64,000 bases of DNA from Vermamoeba vermiformis (lineage: Eukaryota): positions 62,001 to 126,000 of the forward strand of contig JBEWZL010000043.1 in NCBI GenBank assembly GCA_045837725.1. Direction: 5' to 3'. The translations under genes and the position numbers were made by a program. Each line of letters begins with the position of its first letter. Within the stretch, counting starts at the first letter, position 1. Shown here piece after piece: positions 51,455 through 63,475 of the stretch. The notes beneath the pieces were generated by a model. The model was not told the DNA's origin. It saw nothing but the letters and a program-made list of their open reading frames with translations, and ran no database searches.

Positions 51455-54156
51455 ATGACAGAAAATACTAACGATATCGATTATAAGATGAAATTGGCTA
51501 TTAGAGTATTGATAGGAGGAAACAAAACTTCTCCAGACGGTTTCGAATTATTTAAAGCGATCGCGAATTTGGCTCTCACTTCTAAAGCCTACAATAACAT
51601 GCTCGAGGATTTGTTGATAATCTTGAGTTGCAGGTGTATCCGAGGTAAATGATAAAACTGGTAATAATTTAAAATAGCCGTTAATTAATTTTTTTAGGCG
51701 GTGGATGTCGTTTTGCTCGAGAGAAGCTTTATGGATATATTCGTACCTGGAATATTACAAAATTTTTAGCATGTAAGTAATCAAACCAGCTTATTTTAGC
51801 CATAAATTAACGAAATATCATTTTTTCAGGTGCCGATCACATCTCGCAGACCTATCACCAATCAGTTTACATTCATATCTTTACGAAGTGCCTACTAGAC
51901 ATCGTATTGAATTGTCCATACGATTTCTTAGCGAGTTACATCACTTTTCTGACTTCAAGAGCAATACTCATCCCGTGCAAACAATTTTACCGGACCCCAG
52001 TGTTTCGTCCTGGGAAATATCCGGGTTTCAAGCCGAGAGAACTAGTCCGTGCTCTACAAATATCTAATGAGAACGGATGGATGGATAAAGCATTATTGCT
52101 TTTTCAACATTTAGTCGATTATTATACAGCCCCTGGTGCAGCCCCTCAGCAGATCCAAAATGATGCGATAGTCGATGAAATTAAAGAAGAAATTTCCAAG
52201 AATAACAAATTGAATTTTGATGGACAACTTGGCAACCAAATAGAACAGCATTGGCCATTAGCTGCTCTTTGGGGATCGACGGGCGTTACGGCAGCATACT
52301 TAAAGACCCTATTAGGTACGAAAATTACAGTAATAATTAATTTGTTGGCCGAAACAATTTTTTTTGGGATGCGAATCCACAAAGCCGTTTGAATTAAACT
52401 AACGAACGTACCGATTAGCGCCGAAAAGAATGGAACTATCCAAGGTACCAAAAGAAGTATTTGATTGGCCTATTGAACAACAGCCTTGGTTCTTTGGGCA
52501 CGTGCGCTATCCCTCCAGACTATTGGAAGGTAAAGCATCAGTCCGATCTGAAAAATTAAATTAAATCAGATAGAAGAATCTTTAGTGAATTAATGTTCAT
52601 TTATCAGATTGTTCTGCCGATGAATCATTCATAGTAGTGTTTCAAGGAGCGAAATTAGTAGTTTACGAAAGAAATTCTCACGCCAGCAAGACTTTGAATA
52701 CGAACTATTGGAGGTGGAACAGGAAAAGATTTTACTTATCAAATGGCGGGAAAACACCAGAGTATTTGCATCTTTATCACTTCTATCGAAGTCTCGTCCA
52801 TCAGGATCTGGATGCACTCAAGTTGATCCAAGAAACTCACAGTAAGTACTATTAATGTGAATATTATGTGCAAATATATCGAATATTATCGAATTATATT
52901 CTAGGACTTACGTTTAATCGTGCGCTATCTTAGGTATTAACTGGGCGGATGTGATCCAAACTCTTAGACAACCAAATCCATTTTTGGAACTATTTTCAAA
53001 TAATGTAGTACCGAGGATTCAAATCGTGCAATATCTCATTGATATTGGCGTACCTACGTAAGTGCTTGGAAGAGTTGATCAAAGTGACACTTTTTGACAC
53101 TTGACAATAATTTTTTTATGACATTTTACGTCCTAACTGACAAGTGCTGCACGACAAATTTCATTAACTTTAGCACTCAAGAATAATTATTATATCATTA
53201 TCTGAATGGTGTTGGTTTAAAACTAACAACTAATCCTTACAGCCTGCTTGCACCATGGCCTAATAACCGAGCCGTGCGTGATGAAGAAATGCCAGCTATT
53301 GAAGTGCTATTATCTGCTGGGTGCAACTATTGGATCGGAATTATTCGTTCAGTTATTGCAAAAGAGATCGTTCATGAATATCCAACAAATGCGAAAATTG
53401 ACGAAAGCGTGGAATCATAGTCACGTCGATCTCAGCCCATATCGATTAATGCATTTTATTTTGCACGAATATCAACAAATATACCAGAAGTATAACTTAG
53501 CCTCCGAGCGAAAGTTGACAGTACTTTGGATCTACAAATATGGAAAAAGCGATGGTTGCAATTATTTACAAACACTACCAAAAGAATTGATCAGAGTGAT
53601 AATTGATTTCATCGACGAGCCACCGTTATTTTATCAGTTAGCGGAGATGATCGTAAAAATTCCAGGAATTCGGTTAAATTCGCTGTTTCCAATTTACGAA
53701 GTATTAAGATCACCGTACTGTGGAGAATTAATGCTACTAGTTAAAGACGATGATACACATTTAAATGCGACTATTAACTACATGAGCTTGATGCAGTACA
53801 CAGCCATTCGAAAACATTATCATTGGATCCGACAAGCTATTTGTGAACGAGATAGACTCGGGCTTAACTTCCAAAGAAAGAAATTGATCAAATATATGAT
53901 GAAATATGAAACCGATATTGCTATATTTAGACATTTACATCGACATGCCTTGACGCTGATCGACAACTGGCCGTTCACTGAATCGTTCAAAACTAAAAAT
54001 AGAACAGCGTTACGATACTTTATTGAAGAGCGGAATAACTTTGTAATGCCGTCACGTGATGAATTTGAAGCGCAAATGAAACGATCAAAGTACAAAATGA
54101 CCTACGAACAAGCACTGGCCTTAGTCGACGAGATCAAAGCCAACAAAACGTCATAA
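51455..54156 (+). CDS. Orphan family A, copy 1 (degenerate ankyrin-like and F-box-like motifs)
   Basis: Multi-exon, collinear with 55976-58719; IVQYLIDIGVP and NYLQTLPKELIRVIIDFI motifs. Confidence 0.72.
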
Positions 54157-54209
54157 AATAAATTTAAGTAACCAAGTAGCATAGTATAGTATTTAATAAA
54201 TACATCATT

Positions 54210-55827
54210 CTATTTAATCTTGGCGCGTAGTTTCAAGTACAGATCCGTCCAATTAATTTTCTCGTACAATTCAAGTTCTCGAAGAATTCTGTCTTGAAGC
54301 CAAGCAACTGATTCAAATCGATACGGACATTGCTTGAACTGATTGACCTCCGACGCTGCATTTTCTAACTTAATAACAAGGTTGAAGTCAATTTTATCGC
54401 TCAGATCCGATTTGTTCATTTCGTTCAGAATTTCCGTTATTTTATCACAACTATAATCTGTGAGTAGTTGATAGTCAGTTAATTATGAAATTAGGCATGC
54501 TTAATTTCTAAGAAATTAATATTTACCGAGAGGTAGTATTATCGGTGGAATTAGTTGTTGGATATATAAATCGCCCTTCTTTTGCAGTCTATCATACGCA
54601 TCTTCTAGAATATTTCATCTCGTCGGTCTATGAAGAAGGTGTTAATAATTTACGCTCAGAAATGATATGGCAGAAGTCAGTCGTATTTTGACACGTTTGT
54701 GGCTCGGATCGCGATTCGGATCAAAAGGACTTTGACACTGACAGGAAAACTTACGGCCGTAATATTGCATGATTTGACATAGAATGATTGCAGTCCTTCC
54801 AAGACGGCGAAATACGAGCTCAAATTGTTCATTTTTCTGAGTATTTCAGCTAGTTGCCAGAATTGAATAACTTTTCGATTTGAATTCTTCACGCGTCTGC
54901 GAATTAAGAATCGTTCCAATGACAAATTTTTTCAAATTTGATTGATTTTGCTTCCATTTTAGGATAATTTCTGCTTGATTTTGAAATGGCTGGTATTCAC
55001 ACGCCATCGACGGACAATTTTTCTGCTTTATCGCGTTGATTATTCCTAATCCAGATATTCTCGAAAAATGCTTCCAATCTATCAGCGTCATTTGTCGTGC
55101 AACTTCTTCTAATGAAATTTCCAAAAGAGGCGTCGTTGGATTATCCGGAGGTTGATGAACGATTCGCGGAATGACCGGCGGATTAACAGGCCAAAATTCC
55201 GTAATTTCATTTGACCACTAATACAAAATTAAAGTTAAATTCATTTGAAAATACATTAATATTTTTTTTTACCTTACGGAAAAATCGTTCGACAACTCTC
55301 TTGATCATTTGATGGACCCGCTCTGGAGCCGACGCATATTCTTCAACAACATTTTGTAGCAATAAAAGTGCGTTATTATGCAGAAATATGTCTCTGTCTA
55401 CATTCTCAAGGCATTGTTTGATGCAATTTGCGACTCTTCCGAAAAGTATTAGTATTTTTTAATTAAATCGACCGATAAATATATTAAATACCTTAGTAAA
55501 ATTACTAGTGCACTCTTATCAGTTGAACAATCTCTCTTTGTTGCTGTTAATACCGTAAAAATGTTATTAAAGAAAAATATTGATTGATAAAATTCGTATC
55601 TTCATTTGGTTAAAGGATATCTTGTGCGCAATGCTTTGAAAAACTCTCTAAGCTCGCAAAATGCAGGAAATATTCGAAGAACACGTGTTAAATCGAGATC
55701 TAAAGGAGAAAACGGATCAGATCGAATCTTCCAGAATGTATAAGTATAACGCCTTACTAATTTCGTCGACAGTTATTGCTGTAACGTATTCATCAAGAGT
55801 TAATATGAGGTCGGTCGTTGTTTCCAT
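54210..55827 (-). CDS. Divergent RasGEF (REM-like + CDC25 domain) containing a U12 AT-AC intron
   Basis: LEEVARQMTLIDWKHF, LRKMNNLSSYFAVLEGLQS, KIDFNL...QFKQCPYRF; apparent single-base indels near 54890 and 54612. Confidence 0.82.
55555..55620 (-). other. U12-type (minor spliceosome) AT-AC intron
   Basis: Minus strand begins ATATCCTTTAAC, has TTTCTTTAAT near the 3' end and ends TTTTAC. Removal joins AG+G in frame (FFKALRTR-VLTATK). Confidence 0.85.
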
Positions 55828-55975
55828 CGCAAGCGAAACATGATGAAAGGAAGGTCCCGTCGGCCAAAATCTATTTTTTTGCACGCAGAAAATTGAACGA
55901 ATAAGCACAATCCAAATACTATAATATGCACCGTTGCTTGTATTGTGGATTGTTATCCAACCAATAACAACAAAA

Positions 55976-58719
55976 ATGGAAGCTCATCCGACAGAAAATC
56001 CGCGCACAAGGAGAGAGCAGACTGCTGACATCAATTCGAGCTTTAAATTAGCAATTAAAATTATAATTGCTTGGAAAAGAAGATCGCCTGAGGGCCCAGA
56101 GCTTTTTAAAGCCATATCAAATTTGGCTCTCGCTTCCAAGACGTTGAATAATTTGTTTGACGATGAAATAATTATTTCAGGTTGTAGGTGTATTAAAGGT
56201 AAGCAACGAATTTAAATAAAATAATTAATTAAGATAATTAAATTTTGACAGGTGGTGGATGTCGCTTTGCTCGCAATAAACTTTACGGATATATTCGTAC
56301 TTCGAACATCGAACGATTTATTAAATGTAACTAATTTTATTCGAATAATTGGGTGATACTAACGGATTTTTTCAGGCGCCGATCAGATCACGCAAAGTTA
56401 CCACCCTTCAGTTTACATTCATATCTTTACGAAATGCCTTCTTGATATTGTTAAGCAATGTTCTTACGAGTTCTTAGCAAGTTACTTCAATTATCTAACT
56501 GCACGTGGAATTATTTTGCCGCAAAACCTGTCCATGCCGCACCAGAAGCAAGAAGCCGTTGAAACTAACGGGAAATATCCGCAGTTTAAACCAATGCAAG
56601 TCGTCAAAGCACTGAAAATATCGAACGAGAATGGATGGGCAGACAAAGCGCTACTGTTGTTCGACCATTTGGTTAAGTACTACACAACACCTGGTGGCTT
56701 TGTGCGAAACGCGTTGGACGAAGTATTTCGAAAATCGATAATTGCAATAATTTCTAAGAATAACAAATTGAATTTTGATGGGCAACTTGGCAATCAGATC
56801 ACGCAAATTTTAAGGACTGGATGGTTCGAAGAACATCGCTTCAATACGCTATTAGGTAATGTTGACAAATTTATATAGGCACATATAGCGGATATTATTA
56901 TTTTATCGAAATTCGTCTCCTCTTCCTACTTTGGATCCGATCTGATCTGATCTGATAAGTGGTTTGCAGCAGTAATTTAATTATGTTTATATTTAGGGCC
57001 TAAAAAATTGGAACTATCAAAGGTGCCGCAAGAAGTATTTGATTTGCCTATTGAACAACAGCCTTGGTTTTGGGGCCTCACCGACGAAGACAAGTTTAAA
57101 GGTAAATATATATTCTTCCTCCTCCGATGATTCAACAATAAAATGATGGCTAATATGAGTGTAGAATTGGATTGTTCAGCTGATGGTGCATTTTTTGTGA
57201 GTTTTCACGGCTCGAAATTGATCGTGAAAAAAAGGAAAAAAAAACAACGAGAACTCTTCACCGCGGAATATTTACAGCGAGCTGATACCAAATTCTATTT
57301 ATCAAATGGAGGAAAAGCGCCTGCATATATTAGCTTATACCACTTTTATTGTTGTCTCGTCAAGCAGGATCTGGATGCGTTGAAGTCATTCGAATCGCTA
57401 ATTCGGAGTAAGCACTCATTTTTCCTTATTTGTACAGAATATCAAAACTATCATTACGCACTAAACTATTTGTTTATGTGTAGGTACGGACTGGGAGTGG
57501 GAATTGCTACCAAATCCATTCGTTGAATTGGTTGCCAACGTGCACTCTCCACGCGATGAAATTGTGCAATATTTGATCGACTGTAATGTGCCAATGTAAG
57601 TTATAACGAAAAATTTGACGAAAAATAGTAATATGCACGTGTCAAAAGATACTTTCGTTCTATACTTATCCATTACGTGCGTTAAATCGTTGACACGTGT
57701 CAACCAAAATTTTTCTCTGTTTCATTTGAAAAAACTTCAAAAGTGCAGCCAGCTTTATCTAGGCAGTTTGACACGTGTCAAAGCGTCAACTTCAATTTTT
57801 TTCGCGTTCTAACTAATTGCATAGAGAACTTTCACCTTGGCCCGAGAAATCACCAGTCCACGATGACAATGTTGCTACGGTTCAAAAATTGTTGTCGCTG
57901 GATGCGACTATTGATACGGAGTTGTTCATTCAGTTGTTTCAGAAGAGCGAGTTCATGAACGTGGAGCAAATGCAAATATTACTTGACGCGTGGAGATGCG
58001 ATCCAAAGAGTGCTACGAGATTGTTATCATTTGCATTATTTGACTATCGAGAACAATACGAGCGTCATAGAGAACAAATTTGTACGATACTTTGGATCCA
58101 CAAGTACGGCAAAAGTGACACGTGCAATTACTTACAGACCCTGCCAAAAGAATTGATCCGAGCCATAATTGAGTACTTGGGCAAAAAGCCGCTGTTTCAT
58201 GAATTAGCAGTGATGATCATGAGTATTCAGTGGCTTCGTTTTAATAACGATTTTCCGACGCTAGAAGATTTAGAGCGGTCGCCAAAAGTGGGAGAAATGA
58301 TTATGGAAGGAAAAAATATAGAAATGAAGAACATTGCTATTAATCGGTTCAATAATGCGAGCTACAAAGTCATTCGAAAAAATTATTATTGGATCCGTGA
58401 AGCATTTTGCAATCACGAACAAAATAGTTTATTAATTAGAACCAAAGATAGAAAATTAATCAATTTCATGCTAAAATATGAAACCAACGCATCAATATTC
58501 AGACATTTTCATCGTCATTATCGCACCTACTTGAACTTGGATTTCACTGAAGCATTCAAAACCAAGAATATGACAGCGTTAGAATTTTACACGAAAGAGC
58601 GGAATATGTTTACTATGCCTTCACGGGAGGTGTTCGAAGTCAAGCTGAAAAAGTCCAAGTACAATATGACATATGAAGAGGCTCTTGAACTGATCGCGAA
58701 TATCACAGCAAGAAATTGA
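55976..58719 (+). CDS. Orphan family A, copy 2
   Basis: Same exon structure and motifs as copy 1: GGCRFAR, SKNNKLNFDGQLGNQI, LVKQDLDALK, YLQTLPKELIR. Confidence 0.72.
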
Positions 58720-58849
58720 CGTGTTTTGACGTGTTAACTGTGACAGGTGTCAAATAAAGATTCTTTTTACCTTACGTCATCGTGTACTTCGCCTGTGTGG
58801 CGTTCGGTTGGCCCATAACTTGAAATTCGCACATTAAATAATGATTATT

Positions 58850-60831
58850 TATTAAATACTATGACCCTTTGGTATTATTTTTTGACATTTTTTGGCTGTG
58901 ATCTCGTCGATATCACTATGTTGTAGTAAACATTAGCATATTTCTTTTCAACTTCATTCCTCACGTGACAGCATCAAAGTCATCTCGTCAATAAGTAGTT
59001 AATCTTTCATTTTCCTTTGCAGGCGGTAACACCGGCCATGTATCCTGGCTAGCGATTGCCGAGAAGAGCTAAGAAATTCTGTTTCATGTTTCATCATGAC
59101 CAACCAACTTCATTCCTGTTCCCGCATATTTATTTTCTGCATGGATTTCAACCTAAGCGCATTTGCGGCTTCCATTACATTTATATATCCTCAAGAGAGG
59201 CGAGTGATGGGTGATGCATCTAAGGCCCGTCTTCAGCTTATTTATTTTAAGTGCAGCCATCGCTTTGTCAAATTAGATATTAATTTTGAAAGGATGCCTT
59301 CAGTAACTCTCCGAACAGGTATATAGAGAAGCAAGCGGCGCGTAAAATTAAATCGAGAGGATTCTCTACGTAGGAACGCCAATCGATTATATTGCACAAT
59401 TTCGTCGCGAGGTACATTGATAGTTATAAGGCAGGACTTTTAATATAGAAATTAGATCTATAACTACGTATAATCAATAAAACAAAAAAAATATTGAATT
59501 GATAATAATAGTAGCTTACTGTGGGCTTCTTGAATTGCACGAAGCACATCCAGATCTTGTTTGACGAGGCTACGATAGAACTCATAAAGGTGCACATAAT
59601 GTACTATTCCATCATTATGCATATAAAATTTGGTCTTAGTGCTCTTCAAGAAATTTGGATGGAACTCAAATGACCGATAACCTCCCTTGTGCGCCATTAA
59701 TTTTGAGCCTTGAAAAACCACCAAAAATGCTCCAGCCGTAGCACAATCTAATCATAAGTATTAATCAATTGAATAAGTAAGGTTCGAAATTAAGCTAAGC
59801 GAGTGTACTTTACCTGCGGCGACCTCTCCAGGATGCTCAAGGTGCCCAAGACCAAGCTGTTTTAAAGGCAATAAATACTTCTCGCAGCACTTGATATTCC
59901 ATTTTTTGGTCTAATCAATAATTAATTAAACGGCTGGCCAAATATACATTCTAAAAGATTATCACATCTACGACAAGATAGCGGCCAGCACCGTAGTCGC
60001 GTGGAATTTCCTATAGGTAATATCAAGGCGCCACTAGACACTTATGCCAGATAGTCCTCTTCAGTGAAAAATGGACTCAAGAGAGCGGAATATGAAAAAA
60101 GTATATGGGCTGCAAAAACCCTCAGATAGTGATCAATGGCACTGCGCTATACGATATGTGAATTGTATTCTATTGCCAAGCTGCCCGTCAAATATTTTTT
60201 TTCGTGTGGCGCTTTGCATCGGACCAGTCGTCGATGGGCAGGTATAATCCACAAGTGATAAAGCAAGCTTGTCGGCCCAGCCATTTTCATTAGATATTTG
60301 CAAACTTTAACGAGTTCTAAAGGTTTGAATGATCTTTTCGTGTAAGAGCGTAATGAGATCATGCCTCGTACGTTAAGAATGAGTATTTGATAAGTAAGAA
60401 AGTTTTTAAATTAAAATTGGAATATGAATGTAAACTGATTGTGATAGTGTTGAAAAATTGCATCCGCGCCTATCAACTGTAAGCATCAAAAACCGCCATT
60501 AAATATTACTCACAGGCAATAAATTTTGTAGCATTCGAAGTATTAATATATCCATAGAATTTGTTTCGAGCAAAGCGACATCCACCTCCTAAAATAAACA
60601 AAATTAAATAAAAAAATTCTGATTATTTTCAAATAATGCCCAATTACCGTTAAAATTTCTACAGATCGATATTATAATAGAGTCATCGATAACGCAATTA
60701 TAAGTTTTGGAAGCGCGAGACAGATTTGAGATCGCCTGAAATAGTTCCAAATTGTCCAGACCGCTCTTGCGTTGTAACAAAATTCTGAGCGCTGGTCTTA
60801 CAAAATTCTCATTGTCGTCATTATCTTCCAT
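58850..60831 (-). pseudogene. Orphan family A, copy 3, inverted and decayed
   Basis: ELFQAISNLSRASKTYN, GGCRFARNKFYGYI, FYRSLVKQDLDVLR present, but with stops, frameshifts and large deletions. Terminal DEITAKK matches copy 1 DEIKANK. Confidence 0.72.
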
Positions 60832-60973
60832 TCCGATTGAATTTTATATTAAATCGCTGGTAAACGAGAAAATATGACGGCGATTTTACGAACAAAGCAA
60901 AATGATGTTTAAACAATCCACGTGCGTTAAGGTTAAAAATATTTATTTAACAATACTAGCAAAAGGAAATCCC

Positions 60974-62974
60974 TTAGAAAGGCAAGTTCAAAGCAGCATT
61001 GCCGTCAAAGAAGTTGTAAGGACGAAGTTCGAAGTGGTGCCATGAAGTAGGCATGATAGGACCATCTTCTTGACGCACCACGTGATGCATGCCGAGAGTG
61101 TACCACACGACGATATCGCGGTTGTTGATCTCTCTGTTTTGTTCGGTCCATTCGTGCAAACCATCGCTGCCATCAGCCAACACGACGAACTTGCCGCCAG
61201 CGTACTTCTCGTCAGGGTTGTAAGGAGTGACCCAGACGGTATTTTCACTGAATCTCGCGCGCTTTTGAACGGGGTCGTTGTGCGGGAGCATTGAAACAGC
61301 AGTGTGAGACGGAGAAATTTGGTAGCCGCGGTAATTTCCGACGGGAGATTTGTTGTTAGATTGAACGGACCAGACTGAAGGCTCCATAATGTTCGGCTTC
61401 AATCTCGCACTGCGCTCCTTCTTCAACACGTTGCGATCGAGTTTCCAAATGCCCTTGCGACCAAATCCAGCAGACTGTGACAATCGCTTGAGCTTGATCT
61501 CTTCCTTGACGAAGTTGTTGGTGGGACCGTCGACGTCCAAGTCCAATCTGAAGTTGAAGTAATGGTCGTGGAAGACACCAACTCTGTTGGGGCTAACAAG
61601 AGTACCAGTGTTCAAGACAGGGTTCTCACGAGCCTCGTCGAGATCAGCGATGGAAGTAGTGTTGACACCCTTGATGGCAATGAGACCAGTAGCACCAATT
61701 CTGAAGCTGATGGTGCCGTCTTGTCTGAACACTGTGTCGTGCAAGTAATCGTAGTTACCAATAGTAGCGATGGTGCGGACCACGAGCTCGATGGCCTTGC
61801 GTGACTCGAAGGTTCCAACACGAGTATCCACGTGGCTCCAAGCAGGCTCAGCGAGAGTTCGCTCGAAAATACAAGCATACTTGTTGACAGCAATTGGTTT
61901 GCCAGCAACGTCGAGGGCAGTAGCGTTCAAGTAGATGGCGTACTCGGGGCAGTTAGGGTTGGTCGTGGCAGCAGTGCTCAAGAAGTTACCCCAGCCGTAC
62001 TCGCCAGAGTCCATGTATGACTTGAAGTACCAGTCAATGTCGTTGTCCATGTAGGGCACGTAGAGCTCGCTAAGAGTGGCTTGGTAGAGGATTGAACGGC
62101 GAGCACCATTGGCAGTCAAAGGATCGGCAAAAGATACGTCAGAAATGGTCATACCAGTGCGGAAGTCCAAGCGGAGGTGCATCTTGAAGCCTTGCCAAGT
62201 GAGCACGTGATCGTTCAGAGTGAATGAAGCACCGTCAGGTTGAATAAGTTTGACGTCCTTGACATTGGCACGAGGTGGCACGGCGCCAGCAGTGAAGTCA
62301 ATTCCTTGAGCGGAGGGCACAGTGACGGGTGTATTGAAGTTATACTCGAGCACACGACCAGTCAACAAATCTACAGTCAAGCGCAAATGTTCGACAGGTC
62401 TGAAGTAGTAGTTGCTAGTGTCGGCAGCTTGGCGGCAAATGATTTCCACGGCACGAGTTCCTTCTTCGAAATCCATTCCGAACTGACCTCCACGAGCGGC
62501 AGGCGAGCAGACCAAGGTAGAAGGGTCAATTCCACGGTTCAAAAATTCCATAACAACGGTCATGTTAACAATGTCAGGTGCTGTCAAAGTTTGAATGAGT
62601 TCAGCGTATGTGAATCCAGGTTGTCCCTTTGACGAGTCGATCCATTTCCAACTGAGAACCTTGGCTTGAGTGATACTGACGACAGTCTCGTAGTATTGAT
62701 TAGCAGGAGATTTCAGCACGAAGTAGGCGGCACGTTCGAGAGGAGCAGATCCGGGGGTCCAGGCCAAGACTTGTTGCTTAGGAGGTTCTTGAACTTCAAA
62801 TGCTTGGAATGACCACGCGGAAGAAATCAAGGGCTGACCATTGACGGTAGCGTTGCGCAAAACTGCAACGGCAAAAGAGATCTCATCCGCAGTGAGAGGA
62901 TCCAACGGATGGTATACGGCGTGAATTGAGCTGGTAATGCCCAAAAGGAAGATGATGCTAATCAAGGTATTCAT
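60974..62974 (-). CDS. Copper-containing (TPQ) amine oxidase, secreted, intronless
   Basis: 666-aa ORF; signal peptide; HPLDPL; YMDSGEYG; TIGNYDY (TPQ consensus); HDH and HHVVRQED copper ligands. Confidence 0.96.
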   Translation of the reverse strand: MNTLISIIFLLGITSSIHAVYHPLDPLTADEISFAVAVLRNATVNGQPLISSAWSFQAFEVQEPPKQQVLAWTPGSAPLERAAYFVLKSPANQYYETVVSITQAKVLSWKWIDSSKGQPGFTYAELIQTLTAPDIVNMTVVMEFLNRGIDPSTLVCSPAARGGQFGMDFEEGTRAVEIICRQAADTSNYYFRPVEHLRLTVDLLTGRVLEYNFNTPVTVPSAQGIDFTAGAVPPRANVKDVKLIQPDGASFTLNDHVLTWQGFKMHLRLDFRTGMTISDVSFADPLTANGARRSILYQATLSELYVPYMDNDIDWYFKSYMDSGEYGWGNFLSTAATTNPNCPEYAIYLNATALDVAGKPIAVNKYACIFERTLAEPAWSHVDTRVGTFESRKAIELVVRTIATIGNYDYLHDTVFRQDGTISFRIGATGLIAIKGVNTTSIADLDEARENPVLNTGTLVSPNRVGVFHDHYFNFRLDLDVDGPTNNFVKEEIKLKRLSQSAGFGRKGIWKLDRNVLKKERSARLKPNIMEPSVWSVQSNNKSPVGNYRGYQISPSHTAVSMLPHNDPVQKRARFSENTVWVTPYNPDEKYAGGKFVVLADGSDGLHEWTEQNREINNRDIVVWYTLGMHHVVRQEDGPIMPTSWHHFELRPYNFFDGNAALNLPF

Positions 62975-63475
62975 AGCAATTCTTCCGAGCAGGAGCTAGC
63001 TGATCTGTTGTCGATCTATGAGTAAAAAGTATTGAAACAGAAAAAGAAAAAAATACGAATTTATCGCTGCTGATTTTTGACGTTTGACAAAATAAATGCT
63101 ATTGTGCTCACTTTTGGATTCTCGGCAGATTGTTACGACGTTTCGAAAAAAAAGACAGGGTTATTCCGACGGTTTTGTGGATGCGACTGATGAGTTATTA
63201 CGCAGTGAGGCACGACGTCATAAATCTAACAGTACCTGCAACAACAAATCATATTGCATTAGTAAAGGCGATAAAAAAAAAGAATTATGATTGTGTTTCA
63301 GTATCTTTTTGCGTACCATTTCGACAAAAAAAGAAGTATTCGGAGCACGTGATTTTCAATCTGATGGAAACTCCACGGTGATTAATGACAGTACTAAACT
63401 TTGAAATAAGTATTGACTTGTTGCGGAGTAACATTATTTTTGTTTACCTTTCGACCTCAAACAAGTCCACCAAAC

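Noticed and set aside
58790-58830. GTGGCG...GGCCCATAAC resembling an initiator tRNA-Met fragment
   Set aside because: No T-arm (GTTCGA/GATCGA) or acceptor stem; cannot form a cloverleaf.
61070-62632. Several plus-strand ORFs opposite the amine oxidase
   Set aside because: Antisense shadows caused by codon bias of the real gene.
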